52,165 nt of DNA, taken from the NCBI GenBank assembly GCA_003697105.1, contig RFFQ01000005.1, forward strand, positions 1 to 52,165. The letters are read 5' to 3'. Position 1 is the first letter of the stretch, and every line of letters starts with the position of its first letter. Source of the stretch: Gemmatimonadota bacterium. Its GTDB lineage: Bacteria; 4572-55; J002. Positions 46,926-52,165 of this stretch are shown here, piece by piece. The notes under the pieces are model-generated. The model saw only the letters and a program-made list of their open reading frames with translations, did not search any database and was not told the DNA's origin. Made by a program: the position numbers and the translations under genes.

Positions 46926-48637
46926 CGTAATGCCAACATATCCTCATAAGAAATGAATCCTTGCGCCGTTTTATTCAGAGCATCCACTTGAAGGGGTACC
47001 ATTCCATGACCTAGCGCAAAATTTTTAACATCCTGAATTGGTTTCTGTCCGGCAACTAACTCACTGATTTTTTTATCAAAATGTAAGAGTTCATACACGA
47101 CAATATGCCCAATATAGCCTGTATTTTTACATTCATCACAGCCTCGGGGCTTAAAAAATTCCGGTTTTTCGATATTTAGCACGGTGCGGGCATGCTCAAC
47201 CAGACGAGGCGGTACTTTGGAATCGGGGTCTTTGCAGTGCTCACACAAGCGCGGGATCAGCCGTTGCGCCAAAATACCATTCACGGAATTGGCAATCAAA
47301 TAAGCTGAAATGCCCATATCCAAAAAGCGAACCAGTGCGCCAAACGCATCCGGGGCATGAACTCGAGCTATTGTCTTCATCTTCCCCATGGAGGCATCCA
47401 TTGTCAACCGGTAACTTTCTGGAGAAGAAATATCGGAAAGATAGAGAACATCGGGGTTTTGTTTGATAATCGCCCGTAAATCCGTTACTGGGTCTGCATG
47501 CGGCTGTTGGATGGTTTGAACCACGCCATCCAACTCATCGCGCAGGGATTCCTCGTAACTGAAAATGATTCGACCCGAGGAGGCAAGCGTGGACAATGTC
47601 GCATATACCGTTGTGGTCTTGCCATGATGATACGGTCCTGTGATAACAATGTACCCTCGTGGCTGATTCAAAATCATTTTATACGTTGACAAAATATGTT
47701 CGGGGATGCCCATATTCTCCAGATTGGGAATAACAGCGGTTGTCTTCCGTAAATGGAGTACCATCCGCTCACCATGATAGGTCATATAGGTGGAAACAGA
47801 AACGGAACATTGCGTCTGCAGGTCATCTAAACGAATCTGGAAAAAACCATCCTGTGGCTCTTTTTTGGTAAGCGTGTTGATATTGGCTAAGATTTTAATC
47901 TTATTGATTAAACCTCGCTCCAACCGTTTGGCAATTTTGGTATAGCTATAGACTTTTTCATCGATGCGAATCCGAATATGCACGACATCCCGGCGAGGTT
48001 CAATATGGATATGGGACGCATTGCGGAACGCGGCATCTGCCAGCATCTGTTTAATCAGTTGATCCAGTGCAATTTCATCTTTACCCAATACCTTTTCGGG
48101 GATACGGGTTTGCTCATCCTCGCCGTAACTGATGATCTCCAATTGTTCCGGGTTCACCACCGACGCACTCCCCACATCACTGATCGGCGCATTGGGACCG
48201 CTAAACATCTTGCCATAGTATTTGTCAATAGCCGCCGCAATTTGGGTATCCGCCGCCAAAACCGGGGTGACCACTTTATACCCTGTCAAAAAGGTCGTCT
48301 GATCAAGGGCATCATAATTGGTGGGGTCTGCCAGAGCCACCACCAAGCGCTTATCTTTCGCCTGAATCGCAATCAGGTTGTTCTCCCGGGCGAATGCCTC
48401 TGGAATAACCCGCACCGTTGCCGGATTCAGATTCAACTTTTCCAAATTCACGGATTTGATATTGAGTCGTTGGGAAAGAAATTCCAACAACTTATCGGTG
48501 GTGATAAATTTCAACCGGACTAAGATCGCCCCCAACCGCTCGTTGGTCTGTTTTTGTTCCAATAGCGCGCGGTCCAGTTCCCGTTCTGTAATGAGTCCAG
48601 CAGAAACCAGCAAGCTACCTAACCGTTTTTGTGCCAT
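46922..48637 (-). CDS. GspE/PilB-family ATPase homolog with MshEN domain and degenerate catalytic motifs
   Basis: RLGSLLV...RLGAILV MshEN, HIHIEP, PQDG, GERMVL, Walker A GPYHHGKTTT, AQRL, CEHC/CDEC zinc site. Confidence 0.9.
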   Translation of the reverse strand: MAQKRLGSLLVSAGLITERELDRALLEQKQTNERLGAILVRLKFITTDKLLEFLSQRLNIKSVNLEKLNLNPATVRVIPEAFARENNLIAIQAKDKRLVVALADPTNYDALDQTTFLTGYKVVTPVLAADTQIAAAIDKYYGKMFSGPNAPISDVGSASVVNPEQLEIISYGEDEQTRIPEKVLGKDEIALDQLIKQMLADAAFRNASHIHIEPRRDVVHIRIRIDEKVYSYTKIAKRLERGLINKIKILANINTLTKKEPQDGFFQIRLDDLQTQCSVSVSTYMTYHGERMVLHLRKTTAVIPNLENMGIPEHILSTYKMILNQPRGYIVITGPYHHGKTTTVYATLSTLASSGRIIFSYEESLRDELDGVVQTIQQPHADPVTDLRAIIKQNPDVLYLSDISSPESYRLTMDASMGKMKTIARVHAPDAFGALVRFLDMGISAYLIANSVNGILAQRLIPRLCEHCKDPDSKVPPRLVEHARTVLNIEKPEFFKPRGCDECKNTGYIGHIVVYELLHFDKKISELVAGQKPIQDVKNFALGHGMVPLQVDALNKTAQGFISYEDMLALR

Positions 48638-48685
48638 TATTCTTAAAATTCCATTTGATAGATTGCGCTGAATTTAATTCGCCAC

Positions 48686-48714
48686 ATTTTAGTCAATTTT
48701 TAAGGGTTTGTCAA
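48686..48714 (-). promoter_or_regulatory. Putative sigma70 promoter for the pilB-like/ispE/prs unit
   Basis: Minus strand TTGACA-17 bp-TAAAAT. Confidence 0.75.
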
Positions 48715-48735
48715 AGGGTTTCTGGGCTAAAACTC

Positions 48736-48764
48736 TTGACAGCCACCTGAGAATGATATAGAGT
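48736..48764 (+). promoter_or_regulatory. Putative sigma70 promoter for the sucD-like/citryl-CoA lyase unit
   Basis: TTGACA-17 bp-TAGAGT. Confidence 0.6.
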
Positions 48765-48840
48765 ACCAGACCATTAAGGCGATTTTCAGCGAAACACCGA
48801 ATCGGTTCTCATACATTTAACTTCAGGAGTAGGGCATTTT

Positions 48841-49740
48841 ATGGCAATTTTAATTGATGAATCCAAAACGGTTCTCGTGCAAGGAATTACTGGACGAGAA
48901 GGCATGACCCGTGCCAAGTTGATGATGAATTATGGGACAAATGTCGTTGCCGGCTGTACACCGGGCAAAGGCGGTCAAATAGTGCTCGACAAAATTCCGG
49001 TATATGATACCGTGCAAGAAGCTACCGAACATCACGGTAAAATTGACATCAGTGTGATTTTTGTACCGGCGCCCTTGGTCAAAAATGCGGCATTGGAGGC
49101 AATTTATGCCGGCATTCAGTTGGTGGTTATCGTTCCGGATCGGGTGCCAATATACGACGTACTGGAAATCAGCCGCACAGCGAAAAAGTTCGGAGCCAAC
49201 TTTGTCGGTCCCAACACGCTGGGTTTGCTCAGCCCGGGCAAAGGAGTGCTCGGCATGATGGGCGGTCGTGCGGAAAGTGCCCGCAAGTGGTTCAAAGCGG
49301 GCAACGTCGGTGTGACCTCACGGAGTGGTGGAATGACCAGTTCGATGGCGTATTACCTCAGCCAAAATGGTATCGGGCTATCCACCATAGTCCATGTGGG
49401 CGGGGATGCCGTGGTGGGAATGCCCCACCCCAAAATCGTCGAACAGTTTGAACACGACCCCCAAACCGAAGCAGTTGTGATGTTCGGGGAAATTGGCACG
49501 TCCCAAGAAGAAACCGTTGCCGACCTCATCGAACAAGGTAAATTCACAAAACCGTTGGTCGCTTACATTGGTGGTAAAGCCGCTAAAGAAGGCACCCGTT
49601 TTTCCCATGCTGGAGCCATTGTCGAAGGTAACCGCGGTACACACGCCGGAAAAGTCGCCCGGTTGCGCGAAGTCGGCGCGATTGTGGTAGATTCCTTCGC
49701 CGATATACCCGCTGCCACTAAATCTGTTTTGAGCAGATGA
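48841..49740 (+). CDS. CoA-ligase alpha subunit (SucD-like; citryl-CoA synthetase small subunit/ACL-alpha N-terminal-like)
   Basis: QGITG, GPNTLG, SRSGG, GEIG, phospho-His motif RFSHAGA. Confidence 0.88.
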   Translation: MAILIDESKTVLVQGITGREGMTRAKLMMNYGTNVVAGCTPGKGGQIVLDKIPVYDTVQEATEHHGKIDISVIFVPAPLVKNAALEAIYAGIQLVVIVPDRVPIYDVLEISRTAKKFGANFVGPNTLGLLSPGKGVLGMMGGRAESARKWFKAGNVGVTSRSGGMTSSMAYYLSQNGIGLSTIVHVGGDAVVGMPHPKIVEQFEHDPQTEAVVMFGEIGTSQEETVADLIEQGKFTKPLVAYIGGKAAKEGTRFSHAGAIVEGNRGTHAGKVARLREVGAIVVDSFADIPAATKSVLSR

Positions 49741-49794
49741 GTTTTGCGAGTTGGGGAGTTTGATGAGTTTTACGAGTTGGGGAGTTGGGGAGGT
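49739..49794 (+). repeat. Second GAGTT array (6 cores + GAGGT) without cargo gene
   Basis: T-GAGTT ttgc GAGTT ggg GAGTT tgat GAGTT ttac GAGTT ggg GAGTT ggg GAGGT; first core overlaps the TGA stop. Confidence 0.92.
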
Positions 49795-49795
49795 G

Positions 49796-49823
49796 CTCAC
49801 TGGTAACTGTAAACTACTAACTG
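49796..49823 (+). repeat. Four heptamers of nnnACTR type
   Basis: CTCACTG GTAACTG TAAACTA CTAACTG directly after the GAGTT array. Confidence 0.55.
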
Positions 49824-49843
49824 CATTAAAATGAGGTCTTAAA

Positions 49844-50617
49844 ATGGTAGATACATGGAAAACAGAAATTACAAATATTAAACCTAATAAAGTGATGCTA
49901 CGTGGCTATCCCATCGACCAGTTGATGGGCAACATCTCCTACGCACAAGGCGTTTATCTGGCATTAAAAGGTGAATTACCCACCGAAAATGTGGGTAAAC
50001 TAATAGACGCAATACTCGTATCCTCCATCGATCATGGGGTGACGCCACCCTCGGCAATGGCAGCCATGATCGCCGCCTCCACCGGAGCGGCACTGAACAG
50101 CGCCCTTGCCGCCGGAATTTTATCCATTAACCGCTTTCACGGCGGCGCAATTGAAGATTGTATGCGGGCAATTCTGGAAGTCAAAGCCTACAAAGAGGAA
50201 CAGCAGTGTGATGATGCCACTGCCGCTACGGCAATCGTAGCTAATTATCGCGCTAAAAAAGTACGGATTGCCGGCTTCGGACATCGAATTCATACCGAAG
50301 ACCCACGCACGATTAAACTATTTCGATTGGCAGACGAATTAAACCTTGCGGGAGAATTTGTGGAATTGGGAAAGGCGCTGGAAGCCGCGATTAGTGAATC
50401 TCTGGGCAAAAAATTACCGATGAACGTAGATGGCGCTATCGCCGCCCTGCTCTGTGAATTGGATTTTGAACCTGATCTGGCAAACGCCTTCTTTATCATG
50501 GCACGGGTGCCCGGCTTAGTGGCGCACATCCGTGAAGAACAGACCCGGCAAAAACCGATGCGGCGTATCGACCCCAATAATTGGGAGTACGATGGTGCGG
50601 AAGAGCGTTTTTTGTAA
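49844..50617 (+). CDS. Citryl-CoA lyase (citrate synthase superfamily, ACL C-terminal-like)
   Basis: IDHGVTPPS, FHGGAIE, GFGHRIH..DPR, NVDGAIA, R..GL.AH..E; 257 aa. Confidence 0.88.
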   Translation: MVDTWKTEITNIKPNKVMLRGYPIDQLMGNISYAQGVYLALKGELPTENVGKLIDAILVSSIDHGVTPPSAMAAMIAASTGAALNSALAAGILSINRFHGGAIEDCMRAILEVKAYKEEQQCDDATAATAIVANYRAKKVRIAGFGHRIHTEDPRTIKLFRLADELNLAGEFVELGKALEAAISESLGKKLPMNVDGAIAALLCELDFEPDLANAFFIMARVPGLVAHIREEQTRQKPMRRIDPNNWEYDGAEERFL

Positions 50618-50841
50618 AAAGGCGGCGCTAAATGGGTTTTCCTCATTTGTTTACCCGAATCTTAACGCGGGTCATAAACATAAAGCCCGGGCCAGCATCC
50701 GCTCCGCAATATGTCGCTGTTTATAGCCAGTGTGGGGGATGATAGCGCAACCGGATAATCCAGTTGTAAAGTTTTTTAGTACACAATACAATAACATAAG
50801 CCATAACAATACGCAACCGCAAGAAACCGCGTTTCCATATG

Positions 50842-50869
50842 CCACCGCCTATCCGTTGACAGGCGGTGG
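50842..50869. other. GC-rich hairpin (terminator- or REP/IS200-605-end-like)
   Basis: CCACCGCCT-ATCCGTTGAC-AGGCGGTGG, 11 nt downstream of the TPR gene stop; no U-tail. Confidence 0.5.
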
Positions 50870-50880
50870 TTATCCGTCCT

Positions 50881-51384
50881 TCATTCATCCTCTTTGGACA
50901 TCATCTTCATAAATTCCTTGATCAGTCCCTCGATTAAGCCCTTTAAGCCTTGATTGAGGTCGGGATCAAGTTCTATCGCACGGTTAAAATCAGCCAGTGC
51001 TTTGGTATAATTTTCTTGTGCGGCATACACTGTACCTCGCCCAACATATGCCTGTGCCTTATCCGGGTTGACCTCAATCGCCTGACCAAAACTTGCCAGC
51101 GCCGCTTCATACTGTTGCAGTGCCAACCGGGTGAAGCCTTGCTCCTGGTAAGGCAGCACCTGGCGGGGGTCAAGCGTGATCGCCTGCTGATAATCGGTAA
51201 GTGCCGCCTCAAAATTCTGCATTTGCCGGTGGGTATTACCGCGATGGGTGTATGCCAGCGCATGATTGGGATCAAGTGCGATCACCTGCGAAAAGTACCT
51301 GACCGCTTGCGCATAATCTTGCCGATTAAAAGCGGCTTTCCCCTGCTGAAAATAATATTGAATGGTGTCCAGCCGATCTTCCAT
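50881..51384 (-). CDS. Tetratricopeptide repeat protein
   Basis: About four canonical TPRs (AY..RG......A..D...AI.LDP); start approximate. Confidence 0.85.
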   Translation of the reverse strand: MEDRLDTIQYYFQQGKAAFNRQDYAQAVRYFSQVIALDPNHALAYTHRGNTHRQMQNFEAALTDYQQAITLDPRQVLPYQEQGFTRLALQQYEAALASFGQAIEVNPDKAQAYVGRGTVYAAQENYTKALADFNRAIELDPDLNQGLKGLIEGLIKEFMKMMSKEDE

Positions 51385-51546
51385 GCGTTCTATGAATTGA
51401 GTGGAAATCCGTTGACGGGGTCGACCCGCCCTACTACTTGGACGAAAGACCAAACCCCTTTCCATTTGGTAACTAAATCCATCTACAATGAGTGTAGGAT
51501 ACGTGGTTTCAAGAGTAAGATCAAGGGCAAAATCGGGGGAGAATTA

Positions 51547-51575
51547 TTGACACCCTCACCGAGGAATATTATGTT
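51547..51575 (+). promoter_or_regulatory. Putative sigma70 promoter
   Basis: TTGACA-17 bp-TATGTT. Confidence 0.6.
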
Positions 51576-51604
51576 AGCATCATATCTTGTGCGGGGAGTG
51601 TTTT

Positions 51605-51742
51605 ATGTCAAAAGAACTGCATGTTGTTTTTGGGACGGGTTCGGTAGGATGTTGGATTGCGCGTGCTTTACGAAAGATGGGATACAATGTGCGTGCGGTA
51701 AATCGTAGCGGTAAACGCCCTGTCCTGATGCCGGTAGAAGTG
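51605..51742 (+). pseudogene. N-terminal fragment of NAD-dependent epimerase/dehydratase (SDR)
   Basis: MSKELHVVFGTGSVG...VRAVNRSG Rossmann start with GGAG RBS, replaced after ~46 codons by transposase sequence. Confidence 0.75.
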
Positions 51743-52165
51743 GATTTCAAAGGTCAGATCGCGCTGCCGGGTCTGGATGTCTGGATTTTTGTGGTGGTCG
51801 ATGATGCCACCCGCTTCTGCGGATACCCAAACGGTCATCCGGAAAATGAACGACCTGTTCGTTCAATTCGGACTCCCCGAGCAGGTCTGCACCGATAACG
51901 GCAAAGCCTTTACCTCGGTTTGGGAAGGCGGCACTCATCAATTTGAGACCTTTTTGAATGAGCGTCACATTGAACACGATCTGATTACACCGTATTATCC
52001 TGAAAGCAACGGCAAAGTGGAAGCCTTGATCAAAATCATTAACCGCGAGTGCTTACGCTGGTATTCGATGACGCATCACAAAGAGCAATTTCAATCGATC
52101 TCGGAATTGCAAGAGGCGTTGGATACCTTTGTCGAGTACTATAATTGGTATCGGGGACACCGCGC
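51740..52165 (+). mobile_element. IS481-like (rve/integrase core DDE) transposase remnant, frameshifted, runs off the window
   Basis: VDFKG...VVDDATRF, frameshift near 51820, then FGLPEQVCTDNGKAF...PYYPESNGKVEALIK...EYYNWYRGH. Confidence 0.85.

Noticed and set aside
50950-51708. 252-aa plus-strand ORF, and other long antisense ORFs such as 28602-29252, 31495-32070 and 47978-48523
   Set aside because: Shadow frames opposite well-supported genes; no recognisable motifs.

Overview
Bacterial chromosomal segment from a diderm organism (lptD, mlaD and a SurA/PpiD chaperone are present). The gene content and order (spoVG-prs-rplY-pth-rpsF-ssb-like, a DGGGP-synthase-like UbiA) are reminiscent of FCB-superphylum candidate lineages; this placement is inference only. 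Most of the window is housekeeping: idi, manA, trmB, dusB, gdhA, mltG, trpS, lipB, pcm, lptD, panD, ftsQ/ftsA, murE, polyprenyl synthase, metG, frr, rpsF, pth, rplY, prs, spoVG and ispE. No tRNA, rRNA or CRISPR array was recognised. The most striking non-genic structure is a 274-bp combinatorial array of 32 GAGTT cores with 3-4 nt linkers. It starts right after the gdhA stop codon and precedes a decayed four-helix-bundle (23S-IVP/bAvd-like) gene, which is followed by the reverse-complement motif up to the next start codon. A cargo-less copy of the same array sits at the stop codon of a sucD-like gene 35 kb away. Several other operon junctions carry short heptamer-periodic tracts. Together these suggest a repeat-bounded element that inserts at gene junctions and leaves scars. 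Other notable items are: a catalytically degenerate MshEN-PilB ATPase coupled to ispE-spoVG-prs-rplY-pth; a split ATP-citrate-lyase-like pair without its beta subunit; three soluble TPR histidine kinases around a STAS protein; a heme-c sensor adenylate cyclase; a signal-peptide-bearing Pcm; fragmented dcw and rpsF-rpsR clusters; and an IS481-like integrase remnant fused to a truncated epimerase at the right edge.
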